Made by a program: the position numbers and the translations under genes | Part shown: piece after piece, positions 51,806 through 64,000 of the stretch | Layout: each line of letters opens with the position of its first letter | Numbering within the stretch: the stretch's first letter is position 1 | Notes under the pieces: model-generated | The model's database searches: none | Seen by the model: only the letters and a program-made list of their open reading frames with translations | Told to the model about the DNA's origin: nothing | Source of the DNA: Octopus sinensis | Lineage: Eukaryota | DNA length: 64,000 nt | Reading direction: 5' to 3' | NCBI RefSeq assembly: GCF_006345805.1 | Contig: NW_021832126.1 | Coordinates: 62,001-126,000 of the forward strand

Positions 51806-53102
51806 ATATCGGATTTTAAATAAATCATTAATTTGTTTGAATAAAAGTTATTAGAATCAACCCTCGCAAATTAGAAAGCTCAAAGTATTAGCACAGTTTG
51901 GAAGAAACAGAACTTGGGAAGAATCGTCTGCCAACAGAAGTCCTTAAAAGCAGTGTATATTGGAACCCAAACGGGTGAACCTATGGACGTAAAATATAAT
52001 GACAACTATACTAAGACTATAGATCTGGAAGCATCAAAAGTTTAAAATTAATTCCGAGGAGCAGACGACTTAAAATGGAAGTGTCTTTTAGAAAGGTACT
52101 CAACATTGCGATAGACAAGTCACTTAATTTAAGTGACTTAAATGAATTGAAGCGGAAATCGTTAAATTGGAATCGAAGGATGTAATCTCTGACAAAAAAG
52201 AGCGGTATTTACAAAGATGGTGGCGTTCCTACGCGAGGGCTGCCACCAACCCATGTAAAAGACTCTCTTGTGATCATCCTTGTGAACGCCAGATCAGTAT
52301 GGAGACGGCGTCCCGAGCTAATCCGGCTCGTGGCTTTCCATCGGCCGGATATCTTAGCAGTAAACGAGTCAAAATTAAAACATGGAATGATATTTACCCT
52401 AAATAGCTATCCTTCATATAGTGTCTCGTGGAGAGATGGTGCGGTTGCTGGCACGGTACGGCCATCTACTATATGAATGGGTTGAAGATCAAAAACTTGA
52501 TAATAGAAAACGAAACCACCTGTGAATTTGTGTCCCTAGAATTATTATGTGGACAAGAGTGGATTCTGATCGGGGGAATGTACTCTAAGAAATTAGCTGA
52601 AAACAAAAACTCAATTGCTGATTTCTTCAAACGCAACCAATTTGCATTAATTTCTGAAGATCTAAACTCTAAATGCCCATCTTTTGGCTGTCGAAAGAAA
52701 ATCGAGATGGAAAAGTCCTGCGGACTGTATCCGATCAAGTTGGTTTTGATTGACGTTTGAAAATCGGAAGAACCAAATCATTTTTCATGTCATGGAGATG
52801 ATTTCTTAGGGCTGTTCCTAACTTCACCTTCATTGAAGCTCTTATGTGAACCCCCGAGGAAAATCGAAGACATTGGTAGTGCTTATGCCCTTAGATGATG
52901 ACTATAATGCTGTATCCCATATTAATGGAGGATATCTTTTTGCACTATTAAACCGCAAAAACGGACTGGGCCTTCTATAAACTATTCATTTCTTCTAATC
53001 TTGGAAACTCCTGTTTGACAGTTGAGGAGAATGAAAATGATATAGAAAGAACAGATGACCATTAGAAGCCTGTTAAACAGCTTCTTGAAGTAGTACTCTG
53101 AA

Positions 53103-53424
53103 AAAATCTACTCAAAACAGAAAATCCCAAATACTTCCGGGGTCTACGAAAATCTACTCAAAACAGAAAATCCCAAATACTTCCGGGGTCTACAAAAATC
53201 TACTCAAAACAGAAAATCCCAAATACTTCCGGGGTCTACGAAAATCTACTCAAAACAGAAAATCCCAAATACTTCCGGGGTCTACGAAAATCTACTCAAA
53301 ACAGAAAATCCCAAATACTTCCGGGGTCTACAAAAATCTACTCAAAACAGAAAATCCCAAATACTTCCGGGGTCTACGAAAATCTACTCAAAACAGAAAA
53401 TCCCAAATACTTCCGGGGTCTACG
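53103..53424. repeat. Near-perfect tandem repeat, 46-nt unit x7
   Basis: AAAATCTACTCAAAACAGAAAATCCCAAATACTTCCGGGGTCTAC(G/A) repeated. Confidence 0.95.
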
Positions 53425-53489
53425 AAAAAATATTGTGCTTGAAAAATAGACTTATGTCAAAGCTTAAAAGATGTTGGGATCCCCTAGAC

Positions 53490-54526
53490 CAGGTGTTCTC
53501 AACCGGGGGCGAATCGCCCCCCTAGGGGCGAAAATTTTGTACAGGGGGGCGATAATTTTGTACAAGGGGGCGATTTTAAAATAGCACGCTGTTTTTACAT
53601 TCTTGTTTGGTATCTAAGATGTCTTCTCGCTCAAATAAGAAAAGTCGTCATTATCAAAACGAATATTTAAAATATGGGTTTATTCAAAGTACTGAAGATA
53701 CAAAACAGCCTTATTGTCTTATTTGTCAATGTTCTTTCTCAAATGAGGCGATGAAGCCATCACGATTAAAGGATCATCTAAAACGCAAGCACCCAGATAA
53801 AATGTCAAAGCCGATTGAATATTTTCAAAATTTAAAATACAATTTTGAAAATAAGAAAACGATCAAATCGTTATTCACAAAGCCATTACATGATGGTTAT
53901 TTAACATTTATTTATATGTAGTTGTGGGTGCGCACATCGCTTCTTATAAAATTGCTGAAATTATTGCGAAAACTTCAAGTTCTCATACTATCGCAGAAAA
54001 TGCAATAATTCCATCACTGGAAGTAATAATATCGGATGTAATGCATCAAGATGCTTCTAAAATTATTAAAAGTCTACCTCTTAGCAATGATTCGATTATT
54101 ATTATTATTTAAGCCAAACAAAATCACCGTCTTAACCATTAATTAACACGTTCAGGTGATTCGTCGAAGAATTGATGAAATGGGTGACAATATAAAGGAA
54201 ATCCTTATTGAAAGACTGAAGCGAAGTAAGTTTTTATTACAAATTGATGAAAGCGTCATTGTAGATAGTAAAGTTGTTTTAATGGGATTTAAACCCGACA
54301 TAGAATATTTAGCGAGTAAACATCAATATCAAGGGTCTCACTAATAATTTTTAATAAAAATTCAATTTTTTACATTTGATTTATTATTTTATATTTTGAT
54401 TTTTGAGTTATATACAAAAAACAACCAATTAAGGGACAATGCCCAAAAATTTTTAAATTGTATGTGGACAAGGGGGCGATAAAATATCTAAGGGGGAGAT
54501 GAACAAAAAAAGGTTGAGAATGCCTG
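53490..54526 (+). mobile_element. Internally deleted Buster-type hAT DNA transposon
   Basis: TIRs CAGGTGTTCTCAACC / GGTTGAGAATGCCTG; 8-bp TSD CCCTAGAC (central TA) at 53482-53489 and 54527-54534; BED finger YLKYGF..CLIC..MKPSRLKDHLKRKH; LSNDSIRRRIDEM; LQIDES. Confidence 0.93.
54094..54161 (-). mobile_element. 64-nt LINE 3' tip with (TAA)n tail inserted in the transposase
   Basis: Flanked by GATT on both sides; resembles the LINE 3' end at 27060-27120. Confidence 0.7.
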
Positions 54527-55299
54527 CCCTAGACAAAACTCTACTAAGAAAAAGAATTAGAGCCATTGAAAAAACACTGTCAGACAACTCAAACTGAAAA
54601 AGAACGTGCTTGGTTACGCCAATCAAAAATGCTCCATCCAAAACACCCCAAATTTTGGACAGCATACAGTAAAATTACCAAAACCCAAACAAAGGCCGAA
54701 GTAATTCGCCTGCGACTTCCGGGAAAATGCCTGTCGAGCCAAGAGGAGACAACCGTTCTTTTCCGCAATCAGCGGTTTTGGAAGCAGATCCATCTGCCTC
54801 CTTACCAAAGCCTCCTCGAGTAAAATAAACAAGCAGAAACGTTCTCCAATTACTGAGTCTGAGACCCGAAAAGCAATAAGGGCAGCCAAAAATGCGGCTC
54901 CAGGATATGACAAGATTTAAATGGTCTGTTTTAAGTATCCACCAAATTGTCTGGTGTCTCTGCATGCAAGCCTCCAATTCCAGACTCCAGAGAGGATATG
55001 TTCAAAAGTCATAGAAAAAAGCAAAGTTTTAATGGTTCGAAAACCTAAAAAGTCTAAAGAAAAAGCCTCCAGTAGGCCTATAAGCCTAAACCGATAACAT
55101 CTTGGCCAAAACTGGAGGAGACCTAAAGTCACAGTCATTAATATATAAGTGTTAACTTTTGTTGTTAACCTGGATAAAATAAAAAGAGATGTTATTAAAA
55201 TTATTTATTTAATATAATTTAGTTTCTTTTGATGTGTTTGAGTATTCTTTCGTATTTTCCACGCACATTTATTCGCGTCTGTCACTTCTCGGCCAGTTA

Positions 55300-56233
55300 C
55301 TTTGACCTGATTCAGGCACAATACCACCCTGATAAATCCTCATGGATCATAATCGACCCGGGTAGTGGCTTTTGATTACAAAAGAAACGGATGATATTTG
55401 CCAAAATCTGTTGGCAAAGAAGGCACGTGCAGTTCTCTGTTTCCAAAATGTAAATGATGAGGACGAGCAAATGCAAGTAACAATATAATTTAAATCAAAG
55501 GCAATTCAACCTCGTTATCCCCAATACTTTAGATATTTGAAGAATAATATTTATTCGTCCCTCACTAACTATTCCCCACTCCAGTCGTTTGTAAAATCTG
55601 AGATGCATTTGGCTAATGACATGGTCCCCGGTTATGGCCTGGTCATAATTTTAGACTTGAAGAACATTAACGTTGTCATCTTCCAGCCACAACCCAACAA
55701 ACTTGTGCAACTACTAGTCAGAATAATAATGGTGAACGAGCACAGAATGAAAGACATTTCTCTGAACTGCTATATTGTGGCCACCAATAAAGTCCTCGAG
55801 GTATCATCTTGTGGCTATCCAAGTCGTTTCAATTAAAACATTTCGTTCTGAGCAAACGTAAATCGTTCAGGAATTTCCTCTGTTTGGCCATATTCGATAT
55901 TTTGTCTTGCGTTGATGTATGCCTACATATTCACCGTAGTATGGCAACAGGCTCAGTATTTGTCACTTGCAGACGAGCGAAATGTTGCGGAGATTGTCTC
56001 TTTCTGATATAATCATGGCCACCTCACTTGTATACAACGTGGCAATGAACGAGGATGAATTGCTGTTTGCTCGAATGGAGTATGTTTGCGTGCTTATTGA
56101 CAGGATTGTGGCGCCTGGCTGTTCAGAGTTTCTAATTCAGTTGGGGTTTACACCGGGGACAATCATAGGTTGTGTCCCGAAACGGAGTTTGCTCGATCTT
56201 GTTATTGTTTTTGTTTGCTGCTGTAATTTCTAG
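55300..56233 (+). CDS. Unknown multi-exon gene
   Basis: Series of open exons separated by 22-24 nt GT-AG segments (e.g. 55477-55500, 55801-55823); no recognisable domain; ends uncertain. Confidence 0.4.
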
Positions 56234-56538
56234 AAATTGTACAGAGCTCCTGATTTCCGACATTCTTTCTTGCGATCACACGGAGATGTTTTATCAAACT
56301 TGTGATTATTTTTATAAATTTTAAATAATCTCGACTATTAGATCATAAGCATTCGAACCCAAATTCTCTGTAATATTGTCCTCAGTCACTAACATTTTGA
56401 CGAATTTTAGTTATATAAGTAAACTAGCTCAGCAGTTCGCTTCGCTCACTGCGAGCTAGCTCCTGCGGAGGCCCTGCTCGCTACGCTCGCAGAAATAATC
56501 TATTTTTCACTAAAAAATTAATTAATTTTAATTATCTT

Positions 56539-56611
56539 CTAAAAAAACTGCGACCACTTCGACAAAAGTACCATTTCGGTACTTTTGTCGAAGTGGTCGC
56601 AGTTTTTTTAG
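56539..56611. repeat. Perfect inverted repeat, 34-bp arms, 5-nt loop
   Basis: CTAAAAAAACTGCGACCACTTCGACAAAAGTACC-ATTTC-reverse complement; the left arm recurs at ~56947-56980 and ~57220-57253. Confidence 0.95.
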
Positions 56612-57261
56612 GCCTTTTAAAAATCTAATAATTTTTGAGGTGGAATATATATTTTTATTTAAGTCGCTCTATCAATAATTTAAAATATTATTAAATTTTT
56701 TACTAATTTATATTCCGACAGCTCCCAATAAGTAAGGAGGATGCAGTGCATTTTCTGCAAAATGTGGATATCCTTTCAAATAAATTCCTTCTACAGTCCT
56801 GGAATTTGGATGCCGCGTACTAAAAATGACTAAATTGGTTAAATAAATTTTTAAATAATTTTAATAACCATTTAAATTATTGATAGAGGGTTATAAATTA
56901 AATAATCTATTTTTCACTAAAAAAATTAATTAATTTTAATTATCTTCTAAAAAAACTGCGACCACTTCGACAAAAGTACCGTTATTTTTTCAGAATTTAT
57001 GTGGCGAAAACAAATACAGAACTATAGGAATGTTTTGCACAGATTGTAAAAGACATAAATTCCTTCTACAGTCCTGGAATTTGGATGCGCGTACTAAAAA
57101 TGACTAAATTGGTTAAATAAATTTTTAATAATTTTAATAACCATTTAAATTATTGATAGAGGGTTATATAATTAAATAATCTATTTTTCACTAAAAATTT
57201 AATTAATTTTAATTATCTTCTAAAAAAACTGCGACCACTTCGACAAAAGTACCTAAATTTC

Positions 57262-58006
57262 TCTTCTACCTACCCTTGAGCACCCCACATACAGCTGGCC
57301 ATGTGAAAAGCACTCGTTCTCTAAAAATAAGCCTACTACCTTTAAAGACTGTCCCTGGGCCTTGTTTATTGTCATAGCAAAACTTATCTTCAGCGGAAAT
57401 TGTAGTCTCTTAAATCTATCGCAGGCCTTTCATGGTCCATAATAACGTCGACCGATTTATATATTCTTTCTCTGCCAGGGATTTTCATTAATAAATCTAA
57501 ATTTATATAAGTACCTCATCATTAAGTGGAGCTAATATAGCTCGTTCACGCAGCCAGTCGAAATTCACGTAGTGTTCAGATAGTTCGGAATAGACGGCAT
57601 TCAATAATTCTTCTGCTGTTTCTACGAAAATACATAATTCTTCCGGTAGCCTAATTTTCTGGTCGTGCATTTCTGAAGTGATTGCCCCATTTCCAATATC
57701 TAGAAGGATTTGTGGGAATATGCTATTAACGCCTTGTAAATGTGCATGTACATTTACATCTAAGCTTACCTTTTTCACGTGTGTCCACAAATATGACGAT
57801 TTGAGGCAGGCATTCAATTCATCCGCAGGCGTCCCTCTTTGAATAATTGGCAGCGTCTGTCTAAAATCACCTGCCAATACAACTAATGCTCCCCCAAACA
57901 AATGGTCGCTACAATTCTTGATATCTCTATATGGTTCGGTCAACTGCTTGAATGCGCCTTTATGAGCCATCGTACATTCATCCCAAACAATTAACTTAGA
58001 ATGCAT
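57262..58006 (-). pseudogene. Pif1-like helicase fragment of a Helitron RepHel
   Basis: [51 protein letters not shown]; deletions and frameshifts. Confidence 0.9.
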
Positions 58007-58712
58007 AATTCTATTACCCGTAGTTGAGTCTAACAGCAGTCCTGACCTTGTTCAGCTGTTGTCTAAGTTCCCTCACCATTTAAGCACATCTTCCCTCGTT
58101 TCTCTTTTTTTGTTATATGGTTCATATTCTCTTGTTTGTTAACATTCTCAGATCTCTCTTTATAGGACATTCTATGATTTGTAAACGCGAATCAGTAATT
58201 TATATTAAATTTTCTACGTAAATTTATTTAGTGAAATTTATGTAAAGTGTATTATCCAATCAAAGCCATTATACTTAATTGCCTCTATGTTTAAAGGAAT
58301 TGAAACTTTAGCATAATCGAACTTGTCTGTTTCGGTAAAGAAAATGATAATCAGCTTCATCTTTGTAGTATTATAAGGAAAAAAATTAAAGCCTGTTAAA
58401 TCAAGGAGATTTAAATATAGGCAAATTGAAATTTACATGACTAATTTAAATTTTATTTGCCTCTATCTTTTAAGAAATCTAAACAGTAGCATAATCGAAT
58501 TTGTCAGTTTCGGCAGTTAAAAAGAATCAATTATGTAAATCTCTAATAATTTTGCTTTTCCTTTTTAGTGGTTTTCAAAATCTGATAATTGCACAGTATA
58601 TTCATGGTCGATAACAATTAGAGCTTTTATTTTATTTTTTAACGAAAATTTAACAAAAAAGAATTTATGTCATCGAAAAAGATAGCTAAGCTAATTAATG
58701 GCCTCACGAGGC

Positions 58713-60696
58713 TTTAAGGTTGTGGAGGACCTCATCATGTGAGTCGAGGACTTTCTTGTCGTTCATTTTAACAAAAACGCAGAAAATATTTTTTTTAATT
58801 TTTGGGCTTGAAGGTTTTGGGGGACCACATCATGTGAGTCGAGGACTTTCTTGTTGTTCATTTAACAAAAACGCAGAAAATAATTTTTTTAATTTTTGGC
58901 TTGAAGTTTTGAGGGACACATCATGTGAGTCGAGGACTTTCTTGTTGTTCATTTTAACAAAAACGCAGAAAATAATTTTTTTTAATTTTTTGGCTTGAAG
59001 GTTTTGAGGGACCACATCATGTGAGTCGAGGACTTTCTTGTTGTTCATTTAACAAAAACGCAGAAAATGATTTTTTTAATTTTTTGGCTTGAAGGTTTTG
59101 GGGGACCACATCATGTGAGTCGAGGACTTTTGTTGTTTATTTTAACAAAAACGCAGAAAATAATTTTTTTAATTTTTTGGCTTGAAAGTTTTGGGGGACC
59201 ACATCATGTGAGTCGAGGACTTTCTTGTTGTTCATTTTAACAAAACGCAGAAAATAATTTTTTTAATTTTTTACCTTGAAGGTTTTGGGGGACCACATCA
59301 TGTGAGTCGAGGACTTTCTTGTTGTTCATTTTAACAAAAACGCAGAAAATTTTTTTTAATTTTTTACCTTGAAGGTTTGGGGGACCACATCATGTGAGTC
59401 GAGGACTTTCTTGTTGTTCATTTTAACAAAAACGCAGAAAATAATTTTTTAATTTTTTAGCTTGAAGGTTTTGGGGGACCACATCATGTGAGTCGAGGAC
59501 TTTCTTGTTGTTCATTTTAACAAAAACGCAGAAATAAATTTTTTTAATTTTTTGGCTTGAAGGTTTTGGGGGACCACATCATGTGAGTCGAGGACTTTCT
59601 TGTTGTTCATTTTAACAAAAACGCAGAAAATAATTTTTTTAATTTTTTAGCTTGAAGTTTTTTGGGGACCACATCATGTGAGTCGAGGACTTTCTTTTGT
59701 TCATTTTAACAAAAACGCAGAAAATAATTTTTTTTAATTTTTTGGCTTGAAGGTTTTGGGGGACCACATCATGTGAGTCGAGGACTTTCTTGTTGTTCAT
59801 TTTAACAAAAACGCAGAAAATAATTTTTTTAATTTTTTAGCTTGAAGGTTTGGGGGAACCATCATGTGAGTCGAGGACTTTCTTGTTGTTCATTTTAACA
59901 AAAACAGAAAATAATTTTTTTTAATTTTTTGGCTTGAAGGTTTTGGGGGACCACATCATGTGAGTCGAGGACTTTTTGTTGGTCATTTTAACAAAAACGC
60001 AGAAAATAATTTTTTTAATTTTTTAGCTTGGAGGTTTTGGGGGACACATCATGTGAGTCGAGGACTTTCTTGTTGTTCATTTTAACAAAAAAAACCAGAA
60101 AATAATTTTTTTAATTTTTTGGCTTGAAGGTTTTGGGGACCACATCATGTGAGTGAGGACTTTCTTGTTGTTCATTTTAACAAAAACGCAGAAAATAATT
60201 TTTTTTAATTTTTTGGCTTGAAGGTTTTGGGGGACCACATCATGTGAGTCGAGACTTTCTCTGTTGTTCATTTTTACAAAAACGCAGAAAATAATTTTTT
60301 TAATTTTTTGGCTTGAAGGTTTTGGGGGACCACATCATGTGAGTCGAGGACTTTCTTGTTGTTCATTTTAACAAAAACGCAGAAAATAATTTTTTTAATT
60401 TTTTGGCTTGAAGGTTTTGGGGGACCACATCAGTGAGTCGAGGACTTTCTTGTTGTTCATTTTAACAAAAACGCAGAAAATAATTTTTTTTAATTTTTTG
60501 GCTTGAAGGTTGGGGGACCACATCATGTGAGTTGAGGACTTTCTTGTTGTTCATTTTAACAAAAACGCAGAAAATAATTTTTTTTATTTTTTGGCTTGAA
60601 GGTTTTGGGGGACCACATCATGTGAGTCGAGGACTTTCTGTTGTTCATTTAACAAAACGCAGAAAATTGACTTGAAGGTTTGGGGGACCTCATCAT
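58713..60696. repeat. Satellite array, ~94-nt unit, about 21 copies
   Basis: GGCTTGAAGGTTTTGGGGGACCACATCATGTGAGTCGAGGACTTTCTTGTTGTTCATTTTAACAAAAACGCAGAAAATAATTTTTTTAATTTTT repeated head to tail. Confidence 0.97.
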
Positions 60697-60842
60697 CGAG
60701 GATATTCTTTCTTATTAAAATTTTTTGACAGGAAGGTTCTTAGAGGATATCAACCTTTTATTGTGCCTCATTATCGAATAACTACAAAAGGGAAGGTTTT
60801 GACAATTTGATCTGGTTTGTAACAATTTGAATGTGGGTGTGC

Positions 60843-60885
60843 ACAGACAGACAGACAGACACACAGACAGACAGACAGACACACA
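60843..60885. repeat. (ACAG)n/(AC)n microsatellite near the Helitron 5' end
   Basis: ACAGACAGACAGACAGACACACAGACAG... Confidence 0.9.
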
Positions 60886-62545
60886 CCATACCATTTTATT
60901 ATTAAGACAAGTAGGCACGCACGTTCAGTAAGTGCGATTGCCAGATTATTTTTTTTAAACTCCAAGTTGCACATCATAACTAGCTAATCGAATCCTGAAA
61001 CCGTGTTGTTTGTACCGATCAACACACACCTCCAAATTTTTTTCAGAGATTTCCATATTCAAAGTGATGTGAGGGAATGGTACCCCTAGGTCCCATTTGT
61101 CTTTCTACTACCGTCGCTGAAGAAACTTTATTTGTTTTCGGGAAGGTTTTGCGTAGTGAAAAGTTCTTATTGGTAATATGATCAGAAAAAATATGAGACC
61201 CTTTTTCTTCAACTGTGTTGTGCCAGAAAAACTCATCGCTTCACATATGGGGAGCAGTGACGAGATTTGACCCCAGTTGAAATGTTGGGTCCTTTGGAAT
61301 CGAACTCACAACGGTCTTACTCAAACATGCAAAACATACTCTTCAGCAATTTCTAACTATGAGCGTTAAAGGCGATTTTTAAAATGCAATGATATCTGGT
61401 CACCAGTTTTTAGAGGATTGGTCAATAAAAAAACATTCATAATCAAAAAGGTTTGATTTGAAAATCCAACTAGTTCCCTGCAACAGAGCAGAATGTCTAA
61501 TCAACTGGAATCTGTGCTAAAGAGCGGACTGTCTGGCAATATTTTGACTGGAGTCATCCGATCTCACTTCAGCGTTCATTTCGAGCCATTCTATGGTTAC
61601 TTCAAACTTTTAGAAAATTCCAAAAATGAGTTATGTTAAACAATTTATAGAGATCCGAGGGAATTTGTATTCCTTATTCAGAGGATCTCGCTGGCTGTTT
61701 TACGCGGGAATTGTCTTTCAATCCTGCGAGCCAGTTCATAGTAGCTAGATTTTTTTTTACGATTTCTCGTTTAATAATTAATCTATCATTTAATGGTCAA
61801 ATGGAGATATCGATGGGGAATATTGGCTGTATTGAATTTATACAAGGTGTCACTCCTCAGAAAGGCAATGAATGATGGGTTGTTTGTTACACACGAAATG
61901 CTGAGCCTGTTCTTGTAAAGGTTAATTCATAATATTAGTGTTCACTATCATGTCCTTTTTCTACGCCTTGCCAGTCTTTGTCAACATTTTTCTAACGAGA
62001 TACAAGACTCTTGGAATCGAAAAGTGGACATGTTCAGGGCATACATTCTGAGATATCGAGCTTGCTTTATTTTTGAGTGTTGGATTGATTTGTAGGTGAC
62101 CTGCTATCTTATATTTGAGGGGTTTCTGCGTGAACCACATTTTAAACACACCACCAAAAAAAATGTTTGCCAAAAGGTACTGCGAGTCACTCCCAGTCCT
62201 TCCACACAGCTCGACTAAATATTCCACCATGACTGTCAGTATATCCCAGACTGAGGTCGAACTACTGAGGAGAAAACAGACTTTTCTTCTAAAAAGTCGC
62301 TTTAGTCTCATTTTTATATTTTGGCAAAGGTTGAAAGTAATGGTTATGTCTGAGGAGGAAAGACAGGACCGCTCAGTTGGATGTCGCACTCGACATGTTG
62401 AAGGAGGCAGTTCAGATAATTAAAGACATCCCTCTGTAATATCGGTCTCTTGATGTAACGTGGTCTGTTTACTGTGCCTAGTGTACTGTGCTTGTCCATG
62501 TGATGTCCTTTCTGATCACTGATGTTGTGCGCGTGGCTAATAAAG

Positions 62546-62782
62546 AATTCACACGAGGATCTACGAGAGACTGCCTGAGGTGGTTGAAAGGAAGAAGGAG
62601 TTGGTTCGGTCTGAGTTCTACTCTCGAAACAGACAGCAAGTTCAACTGTTCAATCAGGCATGTTTGGGATTGATCTTTTAGTTTGTTAGAAGATACTGGC
62701 AAGGCTGTTTTCCAGGGGTCACAAATATTGTCCGAATTCACGAAATAAATATGTTTTGATGAAGAAAAGTGAAGTGTCGTAA
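62546..62782 (+). CDS. Terminal exons of an ALMS-motif centrosomal protein (ALMS1/CEP295/C10orf90-like)
   Basis: HTRIYERLPEVVERKKELVRSEFYSRNRQQVQLFNQ matches the ALMS motif; followed by a GC-AG intron starting at 62658; upstream exons (~61000-62520) not resolved. Confidence 0.6.
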
Positions 62783-62899
62783 TTTTTTCGCTTTTTTGTT
62801 TATTTTTGGTTATTTAATTGTGCATTTAATGGTTTTTTGGCTAGTTTGTGTGTGGTGATTTTGCAGTTGGCTCATCTGTTTTTTTATTTGTCTGAATTT

Positions 62900-62971
62900 A
62901 TTTTTATTTTATTGAACCAGAAAACCACCGTAATAGCCAAAAGAAAGAAGAATTCAGGTGATCCCAGCCTC
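62900..62971 (-). mobile_element. LINE 3' tip (same family as 27060-27770)
   Basis: Shares AGGTGATCCCAGCCTC and CACCGT with 27078-27121, next to a TA-rich tail. Confidence 0.65.
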
Positions 62972-63089
62972 CCTCCCTCATTTGTCTGAATAACACAAAA
63001 TGACACGATCGGTCCTGAAAAGACCCCTAAAATGAACATTTAACATTTTTAAAACAAAATGAATTAATTAAGTTAATATTATTTGGTAT

Positions 63090-63449
63090 AAAAACCAACC
63101 ATTGTACCAAAGAGGATCTATAATATTGGACAGCATTGACGACTTGTTAATTCTGAACGACCGGAACAAACATGCACGAACTCCTTCCAGAAATGGTGAC
63201 TTCCAAACGTCACCTGATATAACTCTAGCTGCCCTATCCATTGCCCAAACAATCACGTGGGACGTTATTTATGATTTACATACAGATCATAATCCAATAC
63301 TCTTGAAAGTCCAAGGAGAACACAAGATGAATAGAACTTGTAATACTTTTATCAACTTCTCACGTGCGAATTGGCTTGGGTACACGTATTTTATTGAAGA
63401 CTCTTTAATATCTTTCCGGGTAGAGAACTTTTTCTGCATGAGCAAATAA
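63090..63449 (+). mobile_element. LINE APE endonuclease C-terminal fragment
   Basis: LLILND..TSPDITLA..W..LHTDHNPI..NFSRANW motifs. Confidence 0.8.
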
Positions 63450-64000
63450 GCATAAATAGAAACAAATTGGACAACCGCTACACGCCCATACTGCTAAAAA
63501 TATATATCTTAGCAAAGACAAAGAATATATTATCAGTAAAATAAGCGATAAAGATGTTAAACGAATGGAAATGATTTTGTCGTCTTATATTCTTGTGAAT
63601 TGACTTGTGATTATTTATTTAGATTGTTCTGCAATACCAACATTCATTTTTGCCTCAATACTTGGGAGTATATAGCTATAAGGTTTTATTTTGAGCTTAA
63701 AGGCTTGAAAGTCACCTTTAGAGTATTTTTCTGTGAGAAATAACATTTTTTCCCCACGGAATCACATCGACAAGGAATATAAAGTGAACCTGACCAATCC
63801 TGAAAAAATCTTTTCTGACGAGTACAAAAACGGGCTATTTTTGAAAGAAAGTTGCCGAAATCTATTTTTTAAAACTCTGGAGCGAGACACAGAGGTATTT
63901 ACATGCTCATATTTGCAGTTCCTCGCTAGTTTTGACATTGCTGGTTATAGTTTGCTTATTGGAATTAAAAAGTCTGACGTGAGTGAGGTTAATTTAATTA

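Larger units (their letters stand above)
51900..55135 (+). mobile_element. Degenerate APE-type LINE (endonuclease and RT N-terminal part) interrupted by a tandem array and a DNA transposon
   Basis: ILVNARSV..PDILAVNESKL..EDLNSK (APE) at 52270-52760; PITESETRKAIRAAKNAAPGYDKI and WRRPKVTVI after 54535. Confidence 0.75.
56424..60907 (-). mobile_element. Non-autonomous/deleted Helitron
   Basis: On the minus strand it begins TCTTAATAATAAAATG followed by a (CTGT)n tract, and ends in a GC-rich GCGAAGCG hairpin region plus CTAG|T; contains a Pif1 helicase remnant. Confidence 0.75.

Noticed and set aside
53103-53424. Second CRISPR-like or coding repeat
   Set aside because: Contiguous 46-nt units with no spacers; length is not a multiple of 3.
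58713-60696. CRISPR-like regular array
   Set aside because: Units repeat along their whole length with no unique spacers, there are no cas genes, and the context is eukaryotic; it is a satellite.

Overview
Eukaryotic (metazoan) nuclear DNA, standard genetic code, extremely compact. About 30 protein-coding genes are split by tiny spliceosomal introns, almost all 21-33 nt, and are separated by AT-rich spacers that are often under 200 bp. Animal-specific genes (Six3/6, TCF/LEF, ADAMTS, Mad/Mxi, CAPS), ciliary genes (CFAP44, LRRC74) and ~25-nt introns point to a dicyemid-type mesozoan parasite (inference). Genes recognised after splicing by hand: ADAMTS, MXD/MNT-like, RPE, PSMC1, tetraspanin, MYG1-like, CFAP44, CADPS, MRPL27, GOT1-like, Six3/6, COX6C, SMPDL3-like, LRRC74, LSM6, RMC1, TCF, MRPL54, Kunitz/thyroglobulin protein, TM-ZnF-UBP-USP, FBXL2/20-like, SETDB1, PGP-like, RERE-like ELM2-SANT and an ALMS-motif gene end. 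The last ~12 kb is a nested transposon zone (LINE > Buster hAT > LINE tip, plus a Helitron carrying a ~94-nt satellite). The most notable signals are: a mini-intron system with apparent GT-TG and frequent GC-AG introns and stopless 24-nt introns; a duplicated alternative terminal exon of LSM6; convergent genes sharing one TTATAA; a catalytically dead MYG1; a membrane-anchored ZnF-UBP deubiquitinase; and a transposase carrying a host-style 26-nt intron. All gene models were built by eye, without database searches.
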